Positions 29,242 through 39,187 of a stretch of DNA of 64,000 bases are shown here, one piece after another. This DNA is from Myxococcota bacterium (lineage in GTDB: Bacteria; Myxococcota; Myxococcia; Myxococcales; Myxococcaceae). Numbering within the stretch: position 1 is the stretch's first letter; every line of letters begins with the position of its first letter. The notes under the pieces were generated by a model. It was not told the origin of the DNA. It saw nothing but the letters and a program-made list of their open reading frames with translations, and did no database searches. A program made the position numbers and the translations under genes. The stretch lies in NCBI GenBank assembly GCA_049322255.1, contig JBMORE010000166.1:1-64000 (forward strand). The letters are read 5' to 3'.

Positions 29242-30351
29242 ATGGCCGCCGTGGTGTTCGAGAAAGCCTCCGTCCTCTGTTACCGCCTCTTCGACGTCGC
29301 CGAGGCGATTGATTTGGAGAAGGCCCGGGCGCTGGCCGCCGAAGAAAGCCGCCGTCTGCGCCTGACCCGTGCGGGCAGCGAATACCTGGTATTGCCCAAT
29401 CCTCCTTTGGCGGTGGGGCTGGCCCCGCGCATGGTGCCGCTCTCCTTCGGCCCGATGACCATGGAAGTGGCGGTGCACCTGTTCGACTTCGGGGTGGCCT
29501 CGGTCATCCTCAAGGCCCCGGTGCGCGCGGGAACCACCATGGAGGAGCTGGTGCCTTTGTGCGACGAGCTCTACGACAGCCTGGAGGTGGAGAAGGCGGC
29601 GGTGGAGGTGTTGGGGCAGATGCGCCAGGCGCTCGCCCCCGCGCTCGGGGAAGGCCAGCTGTGGACGCAGAACGAGAGCTACACGGTGGTGTTCGCCGAG
29701 AAGCTGCGCGGAGAACCCAAGGCGGAAGAGCTGCTCACCCACGGAGAGTGGCTCGCGCGGCTCCTCTTGGGCGAGGTAGGGGAGCGGCCGTTGTCGAAGA
29801 AGGAAACCCTCGACGTGCTCGAGCACCAGTTCAGCTACACCGACCTGGACTTGGCGGTCATCGACTGGAACGCAGCCTTCGTCTACGAGCCCTCGGGGAG
29901 CCAAGACATTCCCGACCTGCTCGAGATTGCCAACGCCCAGCTGCTCGAGCTGCGCTTCTTCGACGACAAGCTGGACCGGCAGCTGCGGGAGACCTACACC
30001 CAGGTGGCGCGCAAGAAGCGCCGGTTCTCGGTGCTGCGCAGCCCCTACAGCGGCCTGGTTCGGCGGGTGATGGTCACCCTGTTCGAAATCACCGAGTTCA
30101 TCGAGCGGGTGGAGAACAGCCTGAAAATCGTCGGCGACTTTTATTTGGCCAAGGTCTACGAGGCCTCGGTGAAGCAGCTGCGCATCGGCAGCTGGCAGGC
30201 GCAGGTGACGCGCAAGCAGCGGCTGTTGGCGCAGACTTACAGCCTGCTCAAGGGAGAGGTGGACACCAACCGCTCCCACCTGCTCGAGCTGACCATCGTG
30301 GTGCTCATCATTCTCGAGGTGGTGCTCGCCTTCCTCCCGTGGAAGCCGTGA
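29242..30351 (+). CDS. Hypothetical protein with C-terminal TM helix (RMD1/CorA-like helical region)
   Basis: Long ORF with typical codon usage; DLAVIDWNAAF, LLELRFFD, LELTIVVLIILEV. Confidence 0.6.
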   Translation: MAAVVFEKASVLCYRLFDVAEAIDLEKARALAAEESRRLRLTRAGSEYLVLPNPPLAVGLAPRMVPLSFGPMTMEVAVHLFDFGVASVILKAPVRAGTTMEELVPLCDELYDSLEVEKAAVEVLGQMRQALAPALGEGQLWTQNESYTVVFAEKLRGEPKAEELLTHGEWLARLLLGEVGERPLSKKETLDVLEHQFSYTDLDLAVIDWNAAFVYEPSGSQDIPDLLEIANAQLLELRFFDDKLDRQLRETYTQVARKKRRFSVLRSPYSGLVRRVMVTLFEITEFIERVENSLKIVGDFYLAKVYEASVKQLRIGSWQAQVTRKQRLLAQTYSLLKGEVDTNRSHLLELTIVVLIILEVVLAFLPWKP

Positions 30352-30442
30352 CCTGACACGCGCGTCGGGTCTCTTTCTCTGACGCAGCCGTCGCACCCTC
30401 GCCAAGCCCCTGGGATAACTGGCACCGAGTGCTTTGTCGCGC

Positions 30443-30459
30443 CTGGCGCGGTGCTTGCT
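30443..30459 (+). promoter_or_regulatory. sigma54 promoter for precursor/radical SAM pair
   Basis: CTGGCGCG-GTGC-TTGCT, near-consensus -24/-12. Confidence 0.7.
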
Positions 30460-30490
30460 CACCCGCGCTTCTTCGAAGGAGCAGCGACTC

Positions 30491-30850
30491 ATGAACCAAT
30501 GCCGACGCTGTGGTGGTTTCGTTCCCCCCAACCAGGACGCGTGCCCCAACTGCAGAATCCCCTCGAGCCGCTGGTGGCTGTTGCCGCTGGCCACCGCGGG
30601 GGCCGGGTTCATGTCGCTCACGCTCGCCGCTTGTTACGGCGCTCCTTGCACCGTCGCTCTGCCGGACGGCGGAGTAGGCTCCGGCTCTTGTATTCTTTGC
30701 AACGACCCACTTCCGGATGGCGGCAGCCGTCTCAATGACCCCAACGACGATTTTTGCTTCCAGGGTCAGCTTCCACGGCCCGATGGCGGGGGCGACGGGG
30801 GAACCGCCGATGGTGGGGCGACCGACGGTGGCGCAGACGCGGGGCCTTGA
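30491..30850 (+). CDS. Putative radical-SAM substrate: Zn-ribbon, TM, LAAC-YG lipoprotein-like protein (119 aa)
   Basis: CRRC..CPNC, hydrophobic stretch, lipobox LAAC then YG; DGG repeats; 3 nt upstream of the rSAM gene. Confidence 0.75.
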   Translation: MNQCRRCGGFVPPNQDACPNCRIPSSRWWLLPLATAGAGFMSLTLAACYGAPCTVALPDGGVGSGSCILCNDPLPDGGSRLNDPNDDFCFQGQLPRPDGGGDGGTADGGATDGGADAGP

Positions 30851-30853
30851 GAA

Positions 30854-32158
30854 GTGGAGGCCGAACGCGAACCGCGCGTAGACGGAAACAGCCTCGCGGC
30901 CGCGACCGCCCGGGATGAGCTGTTCCGCCGTTTCCCGGTGAAGCAGAGAAGGTTTCCCGCCTACGTGGTGTGGGAGCTGACGCTGCGGTGCGATCAGCGA
31001 TGCACCCACTGCGGCTCCCGTGCAGGAGAAGCCAGAGGACGGGAGCTCTCCACCGAGCAGGCCCTCGGTGTCGTCGAGGAGCTCCAACAGCTGGGCACCT
31101 TCGAGGTCGTGCTCATCGGTGGTGAGGCGTACCTCCACCCCGGCTTCCTCGACATCGTCTCCGCGCTCAAGCGCGCCGGAATTCGTCCGACGATGACGAC
31201 CGGCGGCCGTGGCGTCACCGAGGAGCTCGCCGGGAAGATGGCCGCTGCCGGTCTGCACTCGGTGTCGGTCAGCATCGACGGGCTGGAGTCGACCCACGAC
31301 CTCATGCGTGCCGCCCGCGGGAGCTTTGCTTCTGCGAGCGCTGCCTTAAGAGCGCTCAAGGACGCCGGCCTGCGCACGGCCTCCAACCTCAACTTGAACC
31401 GCCTCAACCAGGCTGAGCTCGAGCCGCTCTTCGAGCATCTCCGTGGGCTGGGAATCTCCGCCTGGCAAGTGCAGATCACCAGCCCGCTGGGCCGCGCCGC
31501 CGACCGACCGGCGATGCTCTTGCAGCCGTGGGACCTCATCGAGCTGGTGCCGCGCCTTGCGGTGCTCAAGAAGCGCGCTTGGGAAGAGTCACGCATCCTG
31601 GTTTTTCCGGGCAACAACTTGGGCTACTTCGGTCCCGAGGAGGCGCTCCTGCGTTCCCCGCGGCCGGGAATGGCAGACCACTGGCAGGGCTGTCAGGCGG
31701 GCTCCTTGGTGATGGGCATCGAGTCCGATGGCGGCGTCAAAGGCTGTCCTTCGCTGCAGAGTGTGGCGTACGTCGGCGGTCACGCGAGCCAGCGGTCGCT
31801 CCGCGAGATTTGGGACCAGGCGCCTCAGCTGTCGCTGCTCCGTCAGCGGACGGTGGACGATTTGTGGGGCTTCTGCCGCACCTGCCCATTCGCCGCGACG
31901 TGCCTGGGAGGCTGCTCCTTCACCGCGCACGCTCTCTTCGGCCGCCCAGGCAACAATCCGTACTGTCACTTCCGCGCGCGCACGCTGGCGACACAAGGCA
32001 AGCGGGAGCGCTTGGTTCTCCGGAAAGCGGCCCCGGGAGAACCCTTCGACCACGGACTTTTCGAGATCATCGAAGAGCCGTTCGATGCGCCGGATCCGCA
32101 GCCACCAACGCCCCAGGCGCTGATGAATCGGCGGCTCACCAGCCGCGCGGGCGAGTAA
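30854..32158 (+). CDS. Radical SAM/SPASM maturase, PlpX splicease-like
   Basis: VVWELTLRCDQRCTHCGSRAG, GNNLGYFGP, GCQAG..GIESDG.VKGCPSL, LWGFCRTC..C.GGC, GNNPYC. Confidence 0.88.
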   Translation: MEAEREPRVDGNSLAAATARDELFRRFPVKQRRFPAYVVWELTLRCDQRCTHCGSRAGEARGRELSTEQALGVVEELQQLGTFEVVLIGGEAYLHPGFLDIVSALKRAGIRPTMTTGGRGVTEELAGKMAAAGLHSVSVSIDGLESTHDLMRAARGSFASASAALRALKDAGLRTASNLNLNRLNQAELEPLFEHLRGLGISAWQVQITSPLGRAADRPAMLLQPWDLIELVPRLAVLKKRAWEESRILVFPGNNLGYFGPEEALLRSPRPGMADHWQGCQAGSLVMGIESDGGVKGCPSLQSVAYVGGHASQRSLREIWDQAPQLSLLRQRTVDDLWGFCRTCPFAATCLGGCSFTAHALFGRPGNNPYCHFRARTLATQGKRERLVLRKAAPGEPFDHGLFEIIEEPFDAPDPQPPTPQALMNRRLTSRAGE

Positions 32159-32177
32159 AGACGCTCATTCTCATTGC

Positions 32178-32429
32178 TTACCGGGAGCAGCTCGTGCGCT
32201 CGGAGCAAATGCTCCCGTTGCACTCCTCGCCGTCGCGGCAGGTGTAAGGCGCGCCGGTGTTACAGGCGGTCTTGCAGGCGTACTCACAGGTCTTGGCCGC
32301 TGAGCACACCCACTCCCCCGGGCATGCGCTCCCTGCGGAGGTTTGCGCGCAGTCGCAGCTGGTCTGACAGGTGGCCGCGCCACCACAGGCGGCGGCGAAG
32401 AGCCCGAGGGCGAGAAGGAGCGCGCGCAT
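32178..32429 (-). CDS. Small Cys-rich lipoprotein (13 Cys in 83 aa)
   Basis: Signal ending AAAC plus 12 further Cys. Confidence 0.7.
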   Translation of the reverse strand: MRALLLALGLFAAACGGAATCQTSCDCAQTSAGSACPGEWVCSAAKTCEYACKTACNTGAPYTCRDGEECNGSICSERTSCSR

Positions 32430-32474
32430 CAGTTCCCCACCCGTTTGATGTCATCGGTCAAGAAGGCAACCCTT

Positions 32475-33146
32475 TCAGTACCCGCGCATCGCCAACAGGC
32501 CCGCATCGCGCAGGAGCTTGTCCACCGCTCCGGGGTCGTTGAACTGATAGTAGCCGCGCACCTGCATCTTGGCGTCGACGAGCACGAAGTGGCTGCCGTG
32601 GCCGATGCTCATCAGGTCGTCGGGGTCGACCCCCTTTTGCATGTGCACCTTCATGCCGTCGACGATGACCGCCTTGAGCGCCTCGTAGCTGCCGGTGAGG
32701 AAGCTCCACATGCGCGGGCTGACGCGGTGGGTCTGCGCGTACGCCAAGAGCTTCTCCGGGGTGTCGTGCTCGGGGTCGACGGTGAAGGACACCAGGTGGA
32801 AGTACTGCCCGAGGTTACGCCCCCGGTGCTGGATGGTGCCCATCTGCTGGGTGAAGAGCGGGCAGATGGTGGGGCAGCGGGTGAAGATGAAGTTGGCCAC
32901 CCACACCTTCCCTTGCAGCTGCTGGGCGTCGAAGGTTTGGCCGTGCTGATCGGTGAGCTGGAAGCGGGGCACGGTGGCGAGCACCGGCAACGGCGGGGGC
33001 AGCTCGACCCGCACTGCCCGCACGATGGGGATGCCGCCGGCCAAAAGCACGAACAACACCCAGAACCAAGGGCGGCTCACCAGGGCAGCCAAGTGGCCGT
33101 GGGCGCGGGAGAAAACCGAGGGAGCTGCATACGCGTGGGTGCTCAT
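32475..33146 (-). CDS. SCO1/SenC copper chaperone
   Basis: FIFTRCPTICP, SFTVDPEHDTP, H...FVLVD. Confidence 0.92.
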   Translation of the reverse strand: MSTHAYAAPSVFSRAHGHLAALVSRPWFWVLFVLLAGGIPIVRAVRVELPPPLPVLATVPRFQLTDQHGQTFDAQQLQGKVWVANFIFTRCPTICPLFTQQMGTIQHRGRNLGQYFHLVSFTVDPEHDTPEKLLAYAQTHRVSPRMWSFLTGSYEALKAVIVDGMKVHMQKGVDPDDLMSIGHGSHFVLVDAKMQVRGYYQFNDPGAVDKLLRDAGLLAMRGY

Positions 33147-33311
33147 GTGAGGTCGGCTAACTACCGGCCCTGAATGTCCCGGTCAACGCCCGTGCTGGTG
33201 CGAGGAGGCGCAGTCGCACTTGTGTGGAATTCGTGCAGCCATGTATGGGCAGATCCGCGAAATCACGGTGAGCAGGCAAGGGGGCTTGAAGGTTGCAGCC
33301 TGGCAGCGCAG

Positions 33312-34574
33312 ATGCGTTCCCGCGCCCTTGTCCTGATTTCGGCCAGCCTCGCCGCCGTCGTCGTGCCCGGGTGCAGCTGCGGCCCGGGACCTTGTGAAAA
33401 CGACGCCGAGTGCGGCAGCGCCGCGGTGTGTCTACCCATCGCGGTGTGCGCGGCGGCGTGCAGCGCGGACAAACAGTGTCTGTCGTCGGAGAAGTGCTCG
33501 GCGGCAGGAGGCTGCGTGCCCCAGGCGGGTTGCGGGGCGGACCTCGACTGCCCGGCAGGTCAGGTGTGCGGCTCGCTGGCCAGCTGTGAAGAGAGCTGCG
33601 TTACCGCGGGGTGTCCGCCCGGAGAGGTGTGCCGCACCGACGGTCACTGCCGCAACCCCAACGCCGGGGGCGCCCCAAGCTGCGGGGGCGAGCTCTTCCA
33701 GGTCAGTCGGGTGCAGGCGAACATGCTCATCGTCCTCGACCGTTCGGGGAGCATGATGAGCGAGGCGGGGGGAGCTCCCAAGTGGACCAGCGCGGTGAAC
33801 GCGGTGCGCAGCGTCACTTCCCAGCACGACGCCGAGATTCGTTTCGGGCTGATGATGTTCCCCGGGACGAGCTCCTGCTCGGGGCCGAGCTACCCGGTGA
33901 CGGTGGGCGATGCGCGGGCGGCGGAGATTTCGGCCGCGCTCCCCGCCACCGCCACAGGCAGCGGAACGCCCATCGCCGCTGCCCTCACCGCCGCCTCCAA
34001 CGCCCCTGAGTTGGTGGATGCGACCCGTGCGAGCTACGTGCTCTTGGTCACCGACGGGAAGGAGAATTGCGGCGGCCGTCCCGGGCAAGTGGTGCAGTCG
34101 ATGTTCGCCCAGGGCATCAAGACGTACGTGGTGGGCTTCGGCGACGAAGTGGACGCGAACATGCTCTCGGCGATGGCCGTGGCCGGAGGCACCGCCCGCG
34201 CGGGCACTCCCAGCTACTACCAGGCCGACGACAGCGCCTCGCTGCTTTCGGCGATGAGCGCCATCGCCGCCGGCGCCAGCGGCTGCGACTTCAAGCTGGC
34301 CCAGGCGCCGCCCGACCCCAGCCGGATTTACCTCTACATCGACGGTCAGCAGGCGGCCCGCGACTCCAACAAGGTGAACGGCTGGGAGTACAACTCCGCC
34401 ACCGGCCGGGTGACCCTCTACGGGCCGACCTGCAGCGCGGTGTCCGCCAACCCGGCAGCCAAGGTGCAAATCGTCTACGGCTGCCCCGACGACTCGCTGG
34501 TGGAGGGCGGCCCCGGGCAAGGCATGTTCGACGCCGGCACGGTGGTTGACGACGGCGGCATCAGCTTCAACTGA
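33312..34574 (+). CDS. Cys-rich lipoprotein with vWA (MIDAS) domain
   Basis: PGCSC lipobox; Cys repeats; LDRSGSM, GTP, VTDG. Confidence 0.85.
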   Translation: MRSRALVLISASLAAVVVPGCSCGPGPCENDAECGSAAVCLPIAVCAAACSADKQCLSSEKCSAAGGCVPQAGCGADLDCPAGQVCGSLASCEESCVTAGCPPGEVCRTDGHCRNPNAGGAPSCGGELFQVSRVQANMLIVLDRSGSMMSEAGGAPKWTSAVNAVRSVTSQHDAEIRFGLMMFPGTSSCSGPSYPVTVGDARAAEISAALPATATGSGTPIAAALTAASNAPELVDATRASYVLLVTDGKENCGGRPGQVVQSMFAQGIKTYVVGFGDEVDANMLSAMAVAGGTARAGTPSYYQADDSASLLSAMSAIAAGASGCDFKLAQAPPDPSRIYLYIDGQQAARDSNKVNGWEYNSATGRVTLYGPTCSAVSANPAAKVQIVYGCPDDSLVEGGPGQGMFDAGTVVDDGGISFN

Positions 34575-34632
34575 AGCGGCGGCTTTTCCCCTTCAAAACG
34601 CGCCGGCTCGCATGTTAGTAGGCGCGGCTACA

Positions 34633-36177
34633 ATGGAAATCCGCGCCGACGAAATCAGCAGAATCATCCGCGAGCAGATCAAGGACTTCGGGAAAAAAGT
34701 AGCGGTGGCCGAGACGGGCACCGTGCTCTCGGTGGGCGACGGCATCGCCCGCGTCTATGGCCTGGACGGAGCGCTGGCCGGCGAGCTGGTGGAGTTCGCC
34801 AATGGAGTGCGCGGCCTGGTGCTCAACCTCGAGGAGGACAACGTCGGCATCGCGGTGATGGGCGAGTTCCGCGACATTCGCGAGGGCGACGCCTGCAAGC
34901 GCACCGGGCAGATTGCTTCGGTGCCGGTGGGCAAGGCGCTCTTGGGCCGGGTGGTGAACGCGCTGGGCGAGCCGGTCGACGGCAAGGGCCCCATTCAGGC
35001 GAGCGAGACGCGCAAGTTGGAAATCAAGGCCCCGGGCATCGTCAAGCGCAAGAGCGTGCATGAGCCTTTGCAGACGGGCATCAAGGCTCTCGACGCGCTG
35101 GTGCCCATCGGCCGCGGGCAGCGCGAGCTCATCATCGGCGACCGCCAGACGGGCAAGACCGCGGTGGCGGTGGACGCCATCATCAACCAACGCGGCAAGG
35201 ACGTGTTCTGCGTCTACGTGGCCATCGGGCAGAAGCAGTCCACCGTGGCCCAGGTGGTGGACAAGCTGCGAAGCCAGGGCGCGCTCGACTACACCATCGT
35301 GGTGGCGGCCAACGCCTCCGACCCCGCGCCGATGCAGTTCTTCGCTCCCTACACGGGGGTGACGATGGGCGAGTACTTCCGCGACAACAAGATGCACGCC
35401 CTCATCGTGTACGACGACCTCTCCAAGCAGGCGGTGGCGTACCGGCAGCTGTCCTTGCTCCTGCGCCGCCCACCGGGCCGCGAGGCGTACCCCGGAGATG
35501 TCTTCTACATTCACTCCCGCCTGCTCGAGCGCGCCGCCAAGCTCTCCGACGCCGAAGGGGCTGGCTCGCTCACCGCCCTGCCCATCATCGAAACCCAGGC
35601 CGGCGACGTGTCGGCCTACATCCCCACCAACGTCATCTCCATCACCGACGGGCAGATTTTCCTCGAGACCGACCTCTTCTACGCGGGCGTGCGTCCGGCC
35701 ATCAACGTCGGCCTCTCGGTGTCCCGCGTGGGCAGCGCGGCGCAAATCAAGGCGATGAAGCAGGTGGCCGGCTCGCTCAAGCTGGAGCTGGCCCAGTACC
35801 GCGAGCTGGCGGCCTTTGCTCAGTTCGGAAGCGACCTGGACAAGGCCACCCAGGAGACGTTGGCTCGCGGCGCCCGCTTGGTGGAGCTGCTCAAGCAAGG
35901 CCAGTACGAGCCGATGCCGGTGGCCCGTCAGGTGATGCAGCTGTACGCGGGCACCAACCGCGACGATGCCCAGAAGCGAGGCTGGCTGCGGGACATCGAG
36001 GTGGCGGACGTCAGCCGCTGGGCGCGCGAGTTCGTGGCGTTCATGGACGGCAAGTACCCGCAGGTGGAGAAGGACATCGAGGCCAAGCGGGAGCTCACCG
36101 CCGACATCAAGACCGCGCTGAACAAGGCCCTCGCCGAGTTCAATGACGTATTTCAGCCGACGAAATCGAAGCAGTAG
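34633..36177 (+). CDS. atpA: F1 ATP synthase subunit alpha
   Basis: [43 protein letters not shown]. Confidence 0.99.
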   Translation: MEIRADEISRIIREQIKDFGKKVAVAETGTVLSVGDGIARVYGLDGALAGELVEFANGVRGLVLNLEEDNVGIAVMGEFRDIREGDACKRTGQIASVPVGKALLGRVVNALGEPVDGKGPIQASETRKLEIKAPGIVKRKSVHEPLQTGIKALDALVPIGRGQRELIIGDRQTGKTAVAVDAIINQRGKDVFCVYVAIGQKQSTVAQVVDKLRSQGALDYTIVVAANASDPAPMQFFAPYTGVTMGEYFRDNKMHALIVYDDLSKQAVAYRQLSLLLRRPPGREAYPGDVFYIHSRLLERAAKLSDAEGAGSLTALPIIETQAGDVSAYIPTNVISITDGQIFLETDLFYAGVRPAINVGLSVSRVGSAAQIKAMKQVAGSLKLELAQYRELAAFAQFGSDLDKATQETLARGARLVELLKQGQYEPMPVARQVMQLYAGTNRDDAQKRGWLRDIEVADVSRWAREFVAFMDGKYPQVEKDIEAKRELTADIKTALNKALAEFNDVFQPTKSKQ

Positions 36178-36185
36178 AGGCGGCG

Positions 36186-36590
36186 CTACGAGCCGCGCAT
36201 GAGTTGGTCGAGAAATTCGATGAACTTCTCGATCGCCTCGCGCATGTGCTCATGCACGGAATCGACCCGCTCGAGCACGGCTAAGATGCGGACGCCATCG
36301 AGGTCCAGCACGTAGAGGTTTCGAAACAGGTGTAAGAGCCGCCGGTGCCAGTCGGGGCCGTCGAGGGGAACGGAGTTGAGGTCGCGCGCCACTCGCTCAA
36401 AGAGGCGCTCCAAGTGGGTGTAATAGCCGTGCACCAACGCACCCGCGCCGTAGAGCTCGAGCTGTGTCGAGGTGGCGTGAACCCTTTGGCGAGCAGCGCG
36501 TACTTCCGATGCCAGCCGGTTCAAGTCGCGAATCGCCAAGAGTGCTGAATCTCGCAGATCCGACGCCTTCGCGCGCAAGGCGTCATTCAT
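36186..36590 (-). CDS. HepT-like HEPN toxin with apparent internal in-frame deletion
   Basis: H..YT..E..F.RVA...G..WH..LL joined directly to HLFRNLY. Confidence 0.65.
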   Translation of the reverse strand: MNDALRAKASDLRDSALLAIRDLNRLASEVRAARQRVHATSTQLELYGAGALVHGYYTHLERLFERVARDLNSVPLDGPDWHRRLLHLFRNLYVLDLDGVRILAVLERVDSVHEHMREAIEKFIEFLDQLMRGS

Positions 36591-36933
36591 CGACCAGCTC
36601 TCCGTACCGTTGGTGGTAGGTGCGCCAGGCGTCATCGAGCGACTCGAAGCGAATGACATCGACTCCCAAACCAGTTGAATCCGCCGCTTTGGAGGCGACG
36701 CTCCATGCGATGTCCTCGTCCAAGCCCTCGACCATGAAGTCGAGGTCCGAGCCAGGCCTAAACGTGCCCCGGGGCAGGGACCCGATGAGCCAAATTCGCT
36801 TGGCTCCGTGTCGTCGAAAGACGGCAATCGCACGGGGAACCGCCTCGCGTGCCATTCGAACGGCCAGCTCTCGAGCTTGCTCCTCTAGCCGGGCTCGCTG
36901 ACGCCAACCATCGATATAGGGGGACACATCCAT
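36583..36933 (-). CDS. Minimal nucleotidyltransferase (MNT) antitoxin
   Basis: IGSLPRGTFRPGSDLDF (GS-x-DxD). Confidence 0.85.
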   Translation of the reverse strand: MDVSPYIDGWRQRARLEEQARELAVRMAREAVPRAIAVFRRHGAKRIWLIGSLPRGTFRPGSDLDFMVEGLDEDIAWSVASKAADSTGLGVDVIRFESLDDAWRTYHQRYGELVDE

Positions 36934-37062
36934 ACGATGTCCATAGTAGCGACGCCGCAGGCGTCACACCATGTTCCCGCCCCCCGGTGTGCGGAAACAA
37001 ATATTTCTTCCAGCGCAAAGGCGGCCGCCGTATGGCATCAAGCGGCCGGGAAGGAGTGCGAC

Positions 37063-38451
37063 ATGTCGAAATGGGTATGGCTGAGCTCGCTGGCTGGGCT
37101 GGTGGTGGCTTGTGGAGGTCCGCGGGAGTGCGTGCTGGGCGAGCCGAGCAGCTGCCCGGCGGAGCAAATCTGCGAGCAGGTGCAGAACCGCGAAAAGCCG
37201 CTGTGCATGGCGCCGGTGACGCTCGGGGGCAAGGTGTTCGACCTCGCCACCCAGGCGGGAATTGCCAGCGCCGAAGTGGTGGCCACCGATGAGAACGGAG
37301 CCCCTATCGGAACCGCCGCGCGCTCAGGGAGTGACGGCAGCTACCTGCTCCGGGTGCCTTCGGTGCGCATCGACGAGAAGGGAGCCTTCGTCGGCCGCAA
37401 AGTGTTGCTCCGCAGCCAAGCGAAAAATTACCTCCCCTTCCCCTCGGGCGCGCGCATCTCGGTGCCGGTCGACACCAGCGCCGCGGCGCGGGAGAGGGAT
37501 GCGGATCCATTCGTCCTCCAAACGCCGCAGACGGACATCGGTCTCGAGCCATTGCCCGCGGGCGCGCAGAACCAGCCCAGCATCAGCGGGACGGTGGAGG
37601 TCAGCGCTCAGCAAAGGGCGGTTCTGTTGGTGATTGAGAGCGGAAGCACGGGGTTCACCACCTTGGCCGGCCCCGATGGCTCCTTCACCTTTTTCAACGT
37701 GCCCGGCGGCGGCTGGAAAATCTCCGCCTATTCGCAAGGGGTGAACTACACCCCGGTGGAGGTGCAGGTGCAAAACGCCGACGTCGCCGGCGTGCAGCTG
37801 AAGAAGTCAGCCGTCCCCACCGCTTCACTGAGCGGCAGTGTGCAGCTCGTCGCCGGAGCCAACGGCGCGGGCACCAGCGTGGTGCTGGTGGTGGAGAGCA
37901 CCTTCATCGAGTCCTTGGGACGCGGAGAGGTGCCTTTGGGTTTACGCGCGCCCGAGCCGGGCATCGCTCCCAATGTCACCGGCTCCTGGACCGTCTCGGG
38001 CATCCCCGATGGGAAGTACGTGGTGCTGGCGGCCTTCGAGAACGACGGCAACGTGCGCGACCCCGACCCGGGCATCTCCGGCACCCAGATTCAGCACATC
38101 ACCGTGGAGAATGGCGCGGTCTCCGGAGCGCCCTCTCCAGCCTTCAAGGTGACGGGCGCGGTCGGCCTCGTCAGCCCGGGAAAGGAGGGGGTGGAGGACA
38201 CCGGCACGACGCCGACCTTCACCTGGGAGGTGTACTCCAACGCCGACGCCTACCTGCTCAAGGTATTCGACTCCTTGGGCAGCGAGATTTGGCAGCAGCC
38301 CATCGCCGACAAGGCCATCGTCTCGACCACTTATGGGGGGCCGGCGCTGTCACCCGGTCAGTTCTACCAGTGGCGGGTCACCGCGCTCCGCCGAGGGGCG
38401 CCCACCAGCATGACCGAGGAGCTACGCGGGTTGTTCCGCGTGCAGAACTGA
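37063..38451 (+). CDS. Lipoprotein with carboxypeptidase-regulatory-like beta-sandwich repeats
   Basis: SD AAGGAG; VVAC lipobox; DGSY/DGSF..NVP.G motifs. Confidence 0.75.
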   Translation: MSKWVWLSSLAGLVVACGGPRECVLGEPSSCPAEQICEQVQNREKPLCMAPVTLGGKVFDLATQAGIASAEVVATDENGAPIGTAARSGSDGSYLLRVPSVRIDEKGAFVGRKVLLRSQAKNYLPFPSGARISVPVDTSAAARERDADPFVLQTPQTDIGLEPLPAGAQNQPSISGTVEVSAQQRAVLLVIESGSTGFTTLAGPDGSFTFFNVPGGGWKISAYSQGVNYTPVEVQVQNADVAGVQLKKSAVPTASLSGSVQLVAGANGAGTSVVLVVESTFIESLGRGEVPLGLRAPEPGIAPNVTGSWTVSGIPDGKYVVLAAFENDGNVRDPDPGISGTQIQHITVENGAVSGAPSPAFKVTGAVGLVSPGKEGVEDTGTTPTFTWEVYSNADAYLLKVFDSLGSEIWQQPIADKAIVSTTYGGPALSPGQFYQWRVTALRRGAPTSMTEELRGLFRVQN

Positions 38452-38531
38452 CTCGACTTCAGATGGGCAGCTCCGGCAAGCACCTCGAGCCTCCAGTTGC
38501 CGGTGATGCATACGTCCATTAGCATCATGAT

Positions 38532-38741
38532 ATGGACAACACGCGCCGGGTCACCGCCAATCTTCCCGCTCAGCTTTTGGACAAGGCTTGCCAGGCGACC
38601 GGCAAGGGCATCACCGAGACGTTGGTCGAGGGGCTCGAGCTCGTGCGCCGGCAAACCGCAGCGCGTAAGGCCGGTCGGTTGAAAGGCAAGCTCATTCTGG
38701 AGGTGGATTTGGAGACGTCGCGTGAGCGCGCTCGTCATTGA
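38532..38741 (+). CDS. VapB-like antitoxin
   Basis: RRVTANLP..LL (RHH-like); overlaps PIN gene. Confidence 0.75.
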   Translation: MDNTRRVTANLPAQLLDKACQATGKGITETLVEGLELVRRQTAARKAGRLKGKLILEVDLETSRERARH

Positions 38742-39120
38742 TACCTCGAGCTGGATTTCCTACTTCGCCGGCAATGACGATTCGTTGGGCGAGCTCATCG
38801 ACGAGGGACTGAGGGAGAGCCGGGTGTATTTGCCTCCGCTGGTGGCGGCTGAGTTGCTCAGCGGCGCCGTTCGTCGAAGGGACTCGGTGGCCCTCAAGGA
38901 CCTGTTGACGGACTTGCCGGTCTGCCCGACCCCCTTGGCCCACTGGTTTCGGGTCGGCGAGCTGCGGCACAGGTTGCGCAGCAAAGGGCTCGCCGTCTCG
39001 ACGCCGGACAGCCACATTGCGCAGTGCGCACTCGACTTGAACGCGCAGCTGCTCACCGAGGACGAGGCGTTTCGCCTCATCGCCCGGCACGTGCCGCTTC
39101 GGCTCGCAGACGGCGGCTAA
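38722..39120 (+). CDS. VapC PIN-domain toxin
   Basis: VIDTSSWI, AELLSG, PDSHIA, LLTED.AF. Confidence 0.9.
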   Translation: MSALVIDTSSWISYFAGNDDSLGELIDEGLRESRVYLPPLVAAELLSGAVRRRDSVALKDLLTDLPVCPTPLAHWFRVGELRHRLRSKGLAVSTPDSHIAQCALDLNAQLLTEDEAFRLIARHVPLRLADGG

Positions 39121-39187
39121 AGGCCGCACCATCCAATGCGCGAACGAGTTCCTCCGGCGGCCTTCCTCCGCTAGGTTCTGCTCTCCG

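Noticed and set aside
33312..34574. Assignment as gliding adhesin CglB
   Set aside because: It is a Cys-rich vWA lipoprotein, but its N-terminal architecture differs from what I recall of CglB and no gliding genes are adjacent
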